From contig CM082584.2 in the NCBI GenBank assembly GCA_040954595.2, positions 13,509,337-13,573,336 of the forward strand: a DNA stretch of 64,000 nucleotides, read 5' to 3'. The notes under the pieces were generated by a model that was not told the DNA's origin, did not search any database, and saw only the letters and a program-made list of their open reading frames with translations. Every line of letters starts with the position of its first letter. The stretch's first letter is position 1. Positions 12,401 through 27,400 of this stretch are shown piece after piece. The DNA comes from Balanoglossus misakiensis. Lineage: Eukaryota > Animalia > Hemichordata. The translations under genes were made by a program, and so were the position numbers.

Positions 12401-15400
12401 AACCCATGGTTTTTTCAAAAAATGACCAAATTTTCAAAATTCGCAAAGTCGTAAAATCCTCGATTTTTGAACATTTTCCTGAGCTATAACCCATGGTTTT
12501 TTCAAAAAATGACCAAATTTTCAAAATTCGCAAAGTCGAAAAATCCTCGATTTTTGAACATTTTCCTGAGCTATAACCCATGGTTTTTTCAAAAATTGAC
12601 CAAATTTTCAAAATTCGCAAAGTCGAAAAATCCTCGATTTTTGAACATTTTCCTGAGCTATAACCCATGGTTTTTTCAAAAAATGACCAAATTTTCAAAA
12701 TTCGCTAAGTCGAAAAATCCTCGATTTTTGAACATTTTCCTGAGCTATAACCCATGGTTTTTTCAAAAAATGACCAAATTTTCAAAATTCGCAAAGTCGA
12801 AAAATCCTCGATTTTTGAACATTTTCCTGAGCTATAACCCATGGTTTTTTCAAAAAATGACCAAATTTTGAAAATTCGCAAAGTCGAAAAATCCTCGATT
12901 TTCGAACATTTTCCTGAGCTATAACCCATGGTTTTTTCAAAAAATGACCAAATTTTCAAAATTCGCTAAGTCGAAAAATCCTCGATTTTTGAACATTTTC
13001 CTGAGCTATAACCCATGGTTTTTTCAAAAAATGACCAAATTTTCAAAATTCGCAAAGTCGAAAAATCCTCGATTTTTGAACATTTTCCTGAGCTATAACC
13101 CATGGTTTTTTCAAAAAATGACCAAATTTTCAAAATTCGCAAAGTCGAAAAATCCTCGATTTTTGAACATTTTCCTGAGCTATAACCCATGGTTTTTTCA
13201 AAAAATGACCAAATTTTCAAAATTCGCAAAGTCGAAAAATCCTCGATTTTTGACGATTTTCCTGAGCTATAACCCATGGTTTTTTCAAAAAATGACCAAA
13301 TTTTCAAAATTCGCAAAGTCGAAAAATCTTCGATTTTTGACGATTTTCCTGAGCTATAACCCATGGTTTTTTCAAAAAATGACCAAATTTTGAAAATTCG
13401 CAAAGTCGAAAAATCTTCGAATTTTGACGATTTTCCTGAGCTATAACCCATGGTTTTTTCAAAAAATGACCAAATTTTCAAAATTCGCTAAGTCGAAAAA
13501 TCCTCGATTTTTGAACATTTTCCTGAGCTATAACCCATGGTTTTTTCAAAAAATGACCAAATTTTCAAAATTCGCAAAGTCGACAAATCTTCGATTTTTG
13601 ACGATTTTCCTGAGCTATAACCCATGGTTTTTTCAAAAAATGACCAAATTTTGAAAATTCGCAAAGTCGAAAAATCTTCGAATTTTGACGATTATCCTGA
13701 GCTATAACCCATGGTTTTTTCAAAAAATGACCAAATTTTCAAAATTCGCAAAGTCGAAAAATCCTCGATTTTTGAACATTTTCCTGAGCTATAACCCATG
13801 GTTTTTTCAAAAAATGACCAAATTTTCAAAATTCGCAAAGTCGAAAAATCCTCGATTTTTGAACATTTTCCTCAGCTATAACCCATGGTTTTTTTCAAAA
13901 AATGACCAAATTTTGAAAATTCGCAAAGTCGAAAAATCTTCGATTTTTGACGATTTTCCTGAGCTATAACCCATGGTTTTTTCAAAAAATGACCAAATTT
14001 TCAAAATTCGCAAAGTCGACAAATCTTCGATTTTTGACGATTTTCCTGAGCTATAACCCATGGTTTTTTCAAAAAATGACCAAATTTTCAAAATTCGCAA
14101 ATTCGACAAATCTTCGATTTTTGACGATTTTCCTGAGCTATAACCCATGGTTTTTTCAAAAAATGACCAAATTTTGAAATTTCGCAAAGTCGAAAAATCT
14201 TCGAATTTTGACGATTTTCCTGAGCTATAACCCATGGTTTTTTTCAAAAAATGACCAAATTTTCAAAATTCGCAAAGTCGAAAAATCCTCGATTTTTGAA
14301 CATTTTCCTGAGCTATAACCCATGGTTTTTTCAAAAAATGACCAAATTTTCAAAATTCGCAAAGTCGAAAAATCCTCGATTTTTGAACATTTTCCTGAGC
14401 TATAACCCATGGTTTTTTCAAAAAATGACCAAATTTTCAAAATTCGCAAAGTCGAAAAATCCTCGATTTTTGAACATTTTCCTGAGCTATAACCCATGGT
14501 TTTTTCAAAAAATGACCAAATTTTCAAAATTCGCAAATTCGACAAATCTTCGATTTTTGACGATTTTCCTGAGCTATAACCCATGGTTTTTTCAAAAAAT
14601 GACCAAATTTTGAAATTTCGCAAAGTCGAAAAATCTTCGAATTTTGACGATTTTCCTGAGCTATAACCCATGGTTTTTTTCAAAAAATGACCAAATTTTC
14701 AAAATTCGCAAAGTCGAAAAATCCTCGATTTTTGAACATTTTCCTGAGCTATAACCCATGGTTTTTTCAAAAAATGACCAAATTTTCAAAATTCGCAAAG
14801 TCGAAAAATCCTCGATTTTTGAACATTTTCCTGAGCTATAACCCATGGTTTTTTCAAAAAATGACCAAATTTTCAAAATTCGCAAAGTCGAAAAATCCTC
14901 GATTTTTGAACATTTTCCTGAGCTATAACCCATGGTTTTTTCAAAAAATGACCAAATTTTCAAAATTCGCAAAGTCGAAAAATCCTCGATTTTTGAACAT
15001 TTTCCTGAGCTATAACCCATGGTTTTTTTCAAAAAATGACCAAATTTTGAAAATTCGCAAAGTCGAAAAATCTTCGATTTTTGACGATTTTCCTGAGCTA
15101 TAACCCATGGTTTTTTCAAAAAATGACCAAATTTTCAAAATTCGCAAAGTCGACAAATCTTCGATTTTTGACGATTTTCCTGAGCTATAACCCATGGTTT
15201 TTTCAAAAAATGACCAAATTTTGAAAATTCGCAAAGTCGAAAAATCTTCGAATTTTGACGATTTTCCTGAGCTATAACCCATGGTTTTTTTCAAAAAATG
15301 ACCAAATTTTCAAAATTCGCAAAGTCGAAAAATCCTCGATTTTTGAACATTTTCCTGAGCTATAACCCATGGTTTTTTCAAAAAATGACCAAATTTTCAA

Positions 15401-18400
15401 AATTCGCAAAGTCGAAAAATCCTCGATTTTTGAACATTTTCCTGAGCTATAACCCATGGTTTTTTCAAAAAATGACCAAATTTTCAAAATTCGCTAAGTC
15501 GAAAAATCCTCGATTTTTGAACATTTTCCTGAGCTATAACCCATGGTTTTTTCAAAAAATGACCAAATTTTGAAAATTCGCAAAGTCGAAAAATCTTCGA
15601 ATTTTGACGATTTTCCTGAGCTATAACCCATGGTTTTTTCAAAAAATGACCAAATTTTCAAAATTCGCAAAGTCGAAAAATCCTCGATTTTTGAACATTT
15701 TCCTGAGCTATAACCCATGGTTTTTTCAAAAAATGACCAAATTTTCAAAATTCGCAAAGTCGAAAAATCCTCGATTTTTGAACATTTTCCTGAGCTATAA
15801 CCCATGTTTTTTTCAAAAAATGACCAAATTTTGAAAATTCGCAAAGTCGAAAAATCTTCGAATTTTGACGATTTTCCTGAGCTATAACCCATGGTTTTTT
15901 TCAAAAAATGACCAAATTTTCAAAATTCGCAAAGTCGAAAAATCCTCGATTTTTGAACATTTTCCTGAGCTATAACCCATGGTTTTTTCAAAAAATGACC
16001 AAATTTTCAAAATTCGCAAAGTCGAAAAATCCTCGATTTTTGAACATTTTCCTGAGCTATAACCCATGGTTTTTTTCAAAAAATGACCAAATTTTGAAAA
16101 TTCGCAAAGTCGAAAAATCTTCGATTTTTGACGATTTTCCTGAGCTATAACCCATGGTTTTTTCAAAAAATGACCAAATTTTCAAAATTCGCAAAGTCGA
16201 CAAATCTTCGATTTTTGACGATTTTCCTGAGCTATAACCCATGGTTTTTTCAAAAAATGACCAAATTTTGAAAATTCGCAAAGTCGAAAAATCTTCGAAT
16301 TTTGACGATTTTCCTGAGCTATAACCCATGGTTTTTTTCAAAAAATGACCAAATTTTCAAAATTCGCAAAGTCGAAAAATCCTCGATTTTTGAACATTTT
16401 CCTGAGCTATAACCCATGGTTTTTTCAAAGAATGACCAAATTTTCAAAATTCGCAAAGTCGACAAATCTTCGATTTTTGACGATTTTCCTGAGCTATAAC
16501 CCATGGTTTTTTCAAAAAATGACCAAATTTTCAAAATTCGCAAAGTCGAAAAATCCTCGATTTTTGAACATTTTCCTGAGCTATAACCCATGGTTTTTTC
16601 AAAAAATGACCAAATTTTCAAAATTCGCAAAGTCGAAAAATCCTCATTTTTTGACGATTTTCCTGAGCTATAACCCATGGTTTTTTCAAAGAATGACCAA
16701 ATTTTCAAAATTCGCAAAGTCGACAAATCTTCGATTTTTGACGATTTTCCTGAGCTATAACCCATGGTTTTTTCAAAAAATGACCAAATTTTCAAAATTC
16801 GCAAAGTCGAAAAATCCTCGATTTTTGAACATTTTCCTGAGCTATAACCCATGGTTTTTTCAAAAAATGACCAAATTTTCAAAATTCGCAAAGTCGAAAA
16901 ATCCTCGATTTTTGAACATTTTCCTGAGCTATAACCCATGGTTTTTTCAAAAAATGACCAAATTTTCAAAATTCGCAAAGTCGAAAAATCCTCGATTTTT
17001 GAACATTTTCCTGAGCTATAACCCATGGTTTTTTCAAAAAATGACCAAATTTTCAAAATTCGCAAAGTCGAAAAATCCTCGATTTTTGAACATTTTCCTG
17101 AGCTATAACCCATGGTTTTTTCAAAAAATGACCAAATTTTCAAAATTCGCAAAGTCGAAAAATCCTCGATTTTTGAACATTTTCCTGAGCTATAACCCAT
17201 GGTTTTTTCAAAAAATGACCAAATTTTCAAAATTCGCAAAGTCGAAAAATCCTCGATTTTTGAACATTTTCCTGAGCTATAACCCATGGTTTTTTTCAAA
17301 AAATGACCAAATTTTGAAAATTCGCAAAGTCGAAAAATCTTCGATTTTTGACGATTTTCCTGAGCTATAACCCATGGTTTTTTCAAAAAATGACCAAATT
17401 TTCAAAATTCGCAAAGTCGACAAATCTTCGATTTTTGACGATTTTCCTGAGCTATAACCCATGGTTTTTTCAAAAAATGACCAAATTTTCAAAATTCGCA
17501 AATTCGACAAATCTTCGATTTTTGACGATTTTCCTGAGCTATAACCCATGGTTTTTTCAAAAAATGACCAAATTTTGAAAATTCGCAAAGTCGAAAAATC
17601 TTCGAATTTTGACGATTTTCCTGAGCTATAACCCATGGTTTTTTTCAAAAAATGACCAAATTTTCAAAATTCGCGAAGTCGAAAAATCCTCGATTTTTGA
17701 ACATTTTCCTGAGCTATAACCCATGGTTTTTTCACAAAATGACCAAATTTTCAAAATTCGCAAAGTCGAAAAATCCTCGATTTTTGAACATTTTCCTGAG
17801 CTATAACCCATGGTTTTTTCAAAAAATGACCAAATTTTCAAAATTCGCTAAGTCGAAAAATCCTCGATTTTTGAACATTTTCCTGAGCTATAACCCATGG
17901 TTTTTTCAAAAAATGACCAAATTTTCAAAATTCGCAAAGTCGACAAATCTTCGATTTTTGAACATTTTCCTGAGCTATAACCCATGGTTTTTTCAAAAAA
18001 TGACCAAATTTTCAAAATTCGCAAAGTCGAAAAATCCTCGATTTTTGAACATTTTCCTGAGCTATAACCCATGGTTTTTTAAAAAAAATGACCAAATTTT
18101 CAAAATTCGCAAAGTCGACAAATCTTCGATTTTTGACGATTTTCCTGAGCTATAACCCATGGTTTTTTCAAAAAATGACCAAATTTTGAAAATTCGCAAA
18201 GTCGAAAAATCTTCGAATTTTGACGATTTTCCTGAGCTATAACCCATGGTTTTTTCAAAAAATGACCAAATTTTCAAAATTCGCAAAGTCGAAAAATCCT
18301 CGATTTTTGAACATTTTCCTGAGCTATAACCCATGGTTTTTTCAAAAAATGACCAAATTTTCAAAATTCGCAAAGTCGACAAATCTTCGATTTTTGACGA

Positions 18401-21400
18401 TTTTCCTGAGCTATAACCCATGGTTTTTTCAAAAAATGACCAAATTTTCAAAATTCGCAAAGTCGACAAATCTTCGATTTTTGACGATTTTCCTGAGCTA
18501 TAACCCATGGTTTTTTCAAAAAATGACCAAATTTTCAAAATTCGCAAAGTCGAAAAATCCTCGATTTTTGAACATTTTCCTGAGCTATAACCCATGGTTT
18601 TTTCAAAAAATGACCAAATTTTCAAAATTCGCAAAGTCGAAAAATCCTCGATTTTTGAACATTTTCCTGAGCTATAACCCATGGTTTTTTCAAAAAATGA
18701 CCAAATTTTGAAAATTCGCAAAGTCGAAAAATCCTCGATTTTTGAACATTTTCCTGAGCTATAACCCATGGTTTTTTCAAAAAATGACCAAATTTTGAAA
18801 ATTCGCAAAGTCGAAAAATCTTCGAATTTTGACGATTTTCCTGAGCTATAACCCATGGTTTTTTCAAAAAATGACCAAATTTTCAAAATTCGCAAAGTCG
18901 AAAAATCCTCGATTTTTGAACATTTTCCTGAGCTATAACCCATGGTTTTTTCAAAAAATGACCAAATTTTCAAAATTCGCAAAGTCGAAAAATCCTCGAT
19001 TTTTGAACGTTTTCCTGAGCTATAACCCATGGTTTTTTCAAAAAATGACCAAATTTTCAAAATTCGCTAAGTCGAAAAATCCTCGATTTTTGAACATTTT
19101 CCTGAGCTATAACCCATGGTTTTTTCAAAAAATGACCAAATTTTCAAAATTCGCAAAGTCGACAAATCTTCGATTTTTGACGATTTTCCTGAGCTATAAC
19201 TCATGGTTTTTTCAAAAAATGACCAAATTTTGAAAATTCGCAAAGTCGAAAAATCTTCGAATTTTGACGATTTTCCTGAGCTATAACCCATGTTTTTTTC
19301 AAAAAATGACCAAATTTTCAAAATTCGCAAAGTCGAAAAATCCTCGATTTTTGAACATTTTCCTGAGCTATAACCCATGGTTTTTTCAAAAAATGACCAA
19401 ATTTTCAAAATTCGCGAAGTCGAAAAATCCTCGATTTTTGAACATTTTCCTGAGCTATAACCCATGGTTTTTTCAAAAAATGACCAAATTTTCAAAATTC
19501 GCAAAGTCGACAAATCTTCGATTTTTGAACATTTTCCTGAGCTATAACCCATGGTTTTTTCAAAAAATGACCAAATTTTCAAAATTCGCAAAGTCGAAAA
19601 ATCCTCGATTTTTGAACATTTTCCTGAGCTATAACCCATGGTTTTTTCAAAAAATGACCAAATTTTGAAAATTCGCAAAGTCGAAAAATCCTCGATTTTT
19701 GAACATTTTCCTGAGCTATAACCCATGGTTTTTTCAAAAAATGACCAAATTTTGAAAATTCGCAAAGTCGAAAAATCTTCGAATTTTGACGATTTTCCTG
19801 AGCTATAACCCATGGTTTTTTCAAAAAATGACCAAATTTTCAAAATTCGCAAAGTCGAAAAATCCTCGATTTTTGAACATTTTCCTGAGCTATAACCCAT
19901 GGTTTTTTCAAAAAATGACCAAATTTTCAAAATTCGCAAAGTCGAAAAATCCTCGATTTTTGAACATTTTCCTGAGCTATAACCCATGGTTTTTTCAAAA
20001 AATGACCAAATTTTCAAAATTCGCAAAGTCGAAAAATCCTCGATTTTTGAACATTTTCCTGAGCTATAACCCATGGTTTTTTCAAAAAAAGACTAAATTT
20101 TGAAAATTCGCAAAGTCGAAAAATCGTCGATTTTTGAACATTTTCCTGAGCTATAACCCATGGTTTTTTTCAAAAAATGACCAAATTTTCAAAATTCGCA
20201 AAGTCGAAAAATCCTCGATTTTTGAACATTTTCCTGAGCTATAACCCATGGTTTTTTCAAAAAATGACCAAATTTTCAAAATTCGCAAAGTCGAAAAATC
20301 CTCGATGTTTGAACATTTTCCTGAGCTATAACCCATGGTTTTTTTCAAAAAATGACCAAATTTTCAAAATTCGCAAAGTCGACAAATCTTCGATTTTTGA
20401 CGATTTTCCTGAGCTATAACCCATGGTTTTTTCAAAAAATGACCAAATTTTCAAAATTCGCAAAGTCGACAAATCTTCGATTTTTGACGATTTTCCTGAG
20501 CTATAACCCATGGTTTTTTCAAAAAATGACCAAATTTTCAAAATTCGCAAAGTCGAAAAATCCTCGATTTTTGAACATTTTCCTGAGCTATAACCCATGG
20601 TTTTTTCAAAAAATGACCAAATTTTGAAAATTCGCAAAGTCGAAAAATCTTCGAATTTTGACGATTTTCCTGAGCTATAACCCATGGTTTTTTCAAAAAA
20701 TGACCAAATTTTCAAAATTCGCAAAGTCGAAAAATCCTCGATTTTTGAACATTTTCCTGAGCTATAACCCATGTTTTTTTCAAAAAATGACCAAATTTTC
20801 AAAATTCGCAAAGTCGAAAAATCCTCGATTTTTGAACATTTTCCTGAGCTATAACCCATGGTTTTTTCAAAAAATGACCAAATTTTCAAAATTCGCAAAG
20901 TCGAAAAATCCTCGATTTTTGAACATTTTCCTGAGCTATAACCCATGGTTTTTTCAAAAAATGACCAAATTTTCAAAATTCGCAAAGTCGAAAAATCCTC
21001 GATTTTTGAACATTTTCCTGAGCTATAACCCATGGTTTTTTCAAAAAATGACCAAATTTTCAAAATTCGCAAAGTCGAAAAATCCTCGATTTTTGAACAT
21101 TTTCCTGAGCTATAACCCATGGTTTTTTCAAAAAATGACCAAATTTTCAAAATTCGCAAAGTCGAAAAATCTTCGATTTTTGACGATTTTCCTGAGCTAT
21201 AACCCATGGTTTTTTCAAAAAATGACCAAATTTTCAAAATTCGCAAAGTCGAAAAATCCTCGATTTTTGAACATTTTCCTGTGCTATAACCCATGGTTTT
21301 TTCAAAAAATGACCAAATTTTCAAAATTCGCAAAGTCGAAAAATCTTTGATTTTTGACGATTTTCCTGAGCTATAACCCATGGTTTTTTCAAAAAATGAC

Positions 21401-24400
21401 CAAATTTTCAAAATTCGCAAAGTCGAAAAATCCTCGATTTTTGAACATTTTCCTGAGCTATAACCCATGTTTTTTTCAAAAAATGACCAAATTCTCAAAA
21501 TTCGCTAAGTCGAAAAATCCTCGATTTTTGAACATTTTCCTGAGCTCTATAACCCATGGTTTTTTCAAAAAATGACCAAATTTTCAAAATTCGCAAAGTC
21601 GACAAATCTTCGATTTTTGACGATTTTCCTGAGCTATAACCCATGGTTTTTTCAAAAAATGACCAAATTTTGAAAATTCGCAAAGTCGAAAAATCTTCGA
21701 ATTTTGACGATTTTCCTGAGCTATAACCCATGGTTTTTTCAAAAAATGACCAAATTTTCAAAATTCGCAAAGTCGAAAAATCCTCGATTTTTGAACATTT
21801 TCCTGAGCTATAACCCATGGTTTTTTCAAAAAATGACCAAATTTTCAAAATTCGCAAAGTCGAAAAATCCTCGATTTTTGAACATTTTCCTGAGCTATAA
21901 CCCATGGTTTTTTCAAAAAATGACCAAATTTTCAAAATTCGCAAAGTCGAAAAATCCTCGATTTTTGAACATTTTCCTGAGCTATAACCCATGGTTTTTT
22001 CAAAAAATGACCAAATTTTCAAAATTCGCAAAGTCGAAAAATCCTCGATTTTTGAACATTTTCCTGAGCTATAACCCATGGTTTTTTCAAAAAATGACCA
22101 AATTTTCAAAATTCGCAAAGTCGAAAAATCTTCGATTTTAAACGATTTTCCTGAGCTATAACCCATGGTTTTTTCAAAAAATGACCAAATTTTCAAAATT
22201 CGCAAAGTCGAAAAATCCTCGATTTTTGAACATTTTCCTGTGCTATAACCCATGGTTTTTTCAAAAAATGACCAAATTTTCAAAATTCGCAAAGTCGAAA
22301 AATCTTCGATTTTTGACGATTTTCCTGAGCTATAACCCATGGTTTTTTCAAAAAATGACCAAATTTTCAAAATTCGCAAAGTCGAAAAATCCTCGATTTT
22401 TGAACATTTTCCTGAGCTATAACCCATGTTTTTTTCAAAAAATGACCAAATTCTCAAAATTCGCTAAGTCGAAAAATCCTCGATTTTTGAACATTTTCCT
22501 GAGCTCTATAACCCATGGTTTTTTCAAAAAATGACCAAATTTTCAAAATTCGCAAAGTCGACAAATCTTCGATTTTTGACGATTTTCCTGAGCTATAACC
22601 CATGGTTTTTTCAAAAAATGACCAAATTTTGAAAATTCGCAAAGTCGAAAAATCTTCGAATTTTGACGATTTTCCTGAGCTATAACCCATGGTTTTTTCA
22701 AAAAATGACCAAATTTTCAAAATTGGCAAAGTCGAAAAATCCTCGATTTTTGAACATTTTCCTGAGCTATAACCCATGGTTTTTTCAAAAAATGACCAAA
22801 TTTTCAAAATTCGCAAAGTCGAAAAATCCTCGATTTTTGAACATTTTCCTGAGCTATAACCCATGGTTTTTTTCAAAAAATGACCAAATTTTCAAAATTC
22901 GCAAAGTCGAAAAATCCTCGATTTTTGAACATTTTCCTGAGCTATAACCCATGGTTTTTTCAAAAAATGACCAAATTTTGAAAATTCGCAAAGTCGAAAA
23001 ATCCTCGATTTTTGAACATTTTCCTGAGCTATAACCCATGGTTTTTTCAAAAAATGACCAAATTTTCAAAATTCGCAAAGTCGAAAAATCTTCGAATTTT
23101 GACGATTTTCCTGAGCTATAACCCATGGTTTTTTCAAAAAATGACCAAATTTTCAAAATTCGCAAAGTCGAAAAATCCTCGATTTTTGAACATTTTCCTG
23201 TGCTATAACCCATGGTTTTTTCAAAAAATGACCAAATTTTCAAAATTCGCAAAGTCGAAAAATCTTCGATTTTTGACGATTTTCCTGAGCTATAACCCAT
23301 GGTTTTTTCAAAAAATGACCAAATTTTCAAAATTCACAAAGTCGAAAAATCCTCGATTTTTGAACATTTTCCTGAGCTATAACCCATGGTTTTTTCAAAA
23401 AATGACCAAATTTTCAAAATTCGCTAAGTCGACAAATCTTCGATTTTTGACGATTTTCCTGAGCTATAACCCATGGTTTTTTCAAAAAATGACCAAATTT
23501 TGAAAATTCGCAAAGTCGAAAAATCTTCGAATTTTGACGATTTTCCTGAGCTATAACCCATGGTTTTTTCAAAAAATGACCAAATTTTCAAAATTCGCAA
23601 AGTCGAAAAATCTTCGATTTTTGACGATTTTCCTGAGCTATAACCCATGGTTTTTTTCAAAAAATGACCAAATTTTCAAAATTCCCAAAGTCGAAAAATC
23701 CTCGATTTTTGAACATTTTCCTGAACTATAACCCATGGTTTTTTCAAAAAATGACCAAATTTTCAAAATTCGCAAAGTCGACAAATCTTCGATTTTTGAC
23801 GATTTTCCTGAGCTATAACCCATGGTTTTTTCAAAAAATGACCAAATTTTCAAAATTCGCAAAGTCGAAAAATCCTCGATTTTTGAACATTTTCCTGAGC
23901 TAATAACCCATGGTTTTTTCGAAAAATGACCAAATTTTGAAAATTCGCAAAGTCGAAAAACCCTCGATTTTTGAACATTTTCCTGAGCTATAACCCATGG
24001 TTTTTTCAAAAAATGACCAAATTTTCAAAATTCGCAAAGTCGACAAATCTTCGATTTTTGACGATTTTCCTGAGCTATAACCCATGGTTTTTTCAAAAAA
24101 TGACCAAATTTTGAAAATTCGCAAAGTCGAAAAATCTTCGAATTTTGACGATTTTCCTGAGCTATAACCCATGGTTTTTTCAAAAAATGACCAAATTTTC
24201 AAAATTCGCAAAGTCGAAAAATCTTCGATTTTTGACGATTTTCCTGAGCTATAACCCATGGTTTTTTTCAAAAAATGACCAAATTTTCAAAATTCCCAAA
24301 GTCGAAAAATCCTCGATTTTTGAACATTTTCCTGAACTATAACCCATGGTTTTTTCAAAAAATGACCAAATTTTCAAAATTCGCAAAGTCGACAAATCTT

Positions 24401-27400
24401 CGATTTTTGACGATTTTCCTGAGCTATAACCCATGGTTTTTTCAAAAAATGACCAAATTTTCAAAATTCGCAAAGTCGAAAAATCCTCGATTTTTGAACA
24501 TTTTCCTGAGCTAATAACCCATGGTTTTTTCGAAAAATGACCAAATTTTGAAAATTCGCAAAGTCGAAAAACCCTCGATTTTTGAACATTTTCCTGAGCT
24601 ATAACCCATGGTTTTTTCAAAAAATGACCAAATTTTCAAAATTCGCAAAGTCGACAAATCTTCGATTTTTGACGATTTTCCTGAGCTATAACCCATGGTT
24701 TTTTCAAAAAATGACCAAATTTTCAAAATTCGCAAAGTCGACAAATCTTCGATTTTTGACGATTTTCCTGAGCTATAACCCATGGTTTTTTCAAAAAATG
24801 ACCAAATTTTGAAAATTCGCAAAGTCGAAAAATCTTCGAATTTTGACGATTTTCCTGAGCTATAACCCATGGTTTTTTCAAAAAATGACCAAATTTTCAA
24901 AATTCGCAAAGTCGAAAAATCTTCGATTTTTGACGATTTTCCTGAGCTATAACCCATGGTTTTTTTCAAAAAATGACCAAATTTTCAAAATTCCCAAAGT
25001 CGAAAAATCCTCGATTTTTGAACATTTTCCTGAACTATAACCCATGGTTTTTTCAAAAAATGACCAAATTTTCAAAATTCGCAAAGTCGACAAATCTTCG
25101 ATTTTTGACGATTTTCCTGAGCTATAACCCATGGTTTTTTCAAAAAATGACCAAATTTTCAAAATTCGCAAAGTCGAAAAATCCTCGATTTTTGAACATT
25201 TTCCTGAGCTATAACCCATGGTTTTTTCGAAAAATGACCAAATTTTGAAAATTCGCAAAGTCGAAAAACCCTCGATTTTTGAACATTTTCCTGAGCTATA
25301 ACCCATGGTTTTTTCAAAAAATGACCAAATTTTCAAAATTCGCAAAGTCGACAAATCTTCGATTTTTGACGATTTTCCTGAGCTATAACCCATGGTTTTT
25401 TCAAAAAATGACCAAATTTTCAAAATTCGCAAAGTCGACAAATCTTCGATTTTTGACGATTTTCCTGAGCTATAACCCATGGTTTTTTCAAAAAATGACC
25501 AAATTTTCAAAATTCGAAAAGTCGAAAAATCTTCGAATTTTGACGATTTTCCTGAGCTATAACCCATGGTTTTTTCAAAAAATGACCAAATTTTCAAAAT
25601 TCGCAAAGTCGAAAAATCCTCGATTTTTGAACATTTTCCTGAGCTATAACCCATGGTTTTTTCAAAAAATGACCAAATTTTCAAAATTCGCAAAGTCGAA
25701 AAATCCTCGATTTTTGAACATTTTCCTGAGCTATAACCCATGGTTTTTTCAAAAAATGACCAAATTTTCAAAATTCGCAAAGTCGAAAAATCCTCGATTT
25801 TTGAACATTTTCCTGAGCTATAACCCATGGTTTTTTCAAAAAATGACCAAATTTTGAAAATTCGCAAAGTCGAAAAATCCTCGATTTTTGAACATTTTCC
25901 TGAGCTATAACCCATGGTTTTTTCAAAAAATGACCAAATTTTGAAAATTCGCAAAGTCGAAAAATCTTCGAATTTTGACGATTTTCCTGAGCTATAACCC
26001 ATGGTTTTTTCAGAAAATGACCAAATTTTCAAAATTCGCAAAGTCGAAAAATCCTCGATTTTTGAACATTTTCCTGTGCTATAACCCATGGTTTTTTCAA
26101 AAAATGACCAAATTTTCAAAATTCGCAAAGTCGAAAAATCTTCGATTTTTGACGATTTTCCTGAGCTATAACCCATGGTTTTTTCAAAAAATGACCAAAT
26201 TTTCAAAATTCGCTAAGTCGAAAAATCCTCGATTTTTGAACATTTTCCTGAGCTATAACCCATGGTTTTTTCAAAAAATGACCAAATTTTCAAAATTCGC
26301 TAAGTCGAAAAATCCTCGATTTTTGAACATTTTCCTGAGCTCTATAACCCATGCTTTTTCAAAAAATGACCAAATTTTCAAAATTCGCAAAGTCGACAAA
26401 TCTTCGAATTTTGACGATTTTCCTGAGCTATAACCCATGGTTTTTTCAAAAAATGACCAAATTTTGAAAATTCGCAAAGTCGAAAAACCCTCGATTTTTG
26501 AACATTTTCCTGAGCTATAACCCATGGTTTTTTCAAAAAATGACCAAATTTTCAAAATTCGCAAAGTCGACAAATCTTCGATTTTTGACGATTTTCCTGA
26601 GCTATAACCCATGGTTTTTTCAAAAAATGACCAAATTTTCAAAATTCGCAAAGTCGACAAATCTTCGATTTTTGACGATTTTCCTGAGCTATAACCCATG
26701 GTTTTTTCAAAAAATGACCAAATTTTGAAAATTCGCAAAGTCGAAAAATCTTCGAATTTTGACGATTTTCCTGAGCTATAACCCATGGTTTTTTCAAAAA
26801 ATGACCAAATTTTCAAAATTCGCAAAGTCGAAAAATCTTCGATTTTTGACGATTTTCCTGAGCTATAACCCATGGTTTTTTTCAAAAAATGACCAAATTT
26901 TCAAAATTCCCAAAGTCGAAAAATCCTCGATTTTTGAACATTTTCCTGAACTATAACCCATGGTTTTTTCAAAAAATGACCAAATTTTCAAAATTCGCAA
27001 AGTCGACAAATCTTCGATTTTTGACGATTTTCCTGAGCTATAACCCATGGTTTTTTCAAAAAATGACCAAATTTTCAAAATTCGCAAAGTCGAAAAATCC
27101 TCGATTTTTGAACATTTTCCTGAGCTATAACCCATGGTTTTTTCGAAAAATGACCAAATTTTGAAAATTCGCAAAGTCGAAAAACCCTCGATTTTTGAAC
27201 ATTTTCCTGAGCTATAACCCATGGTTTTTTCAAAAAATGACCAAATTTTCAAAATTCGCAAAGTCGACAAATCTTCGATTTTTGACGATTTTCCTGAGCT
27301 ATAACCCATGGTTTTTTCAAAAAATGACCAAATTTTCAAAATTCGCAAAGTCGACAAATCTTCGATTTTTGACGATTTTCCTGAGCTATAACCCATGGTT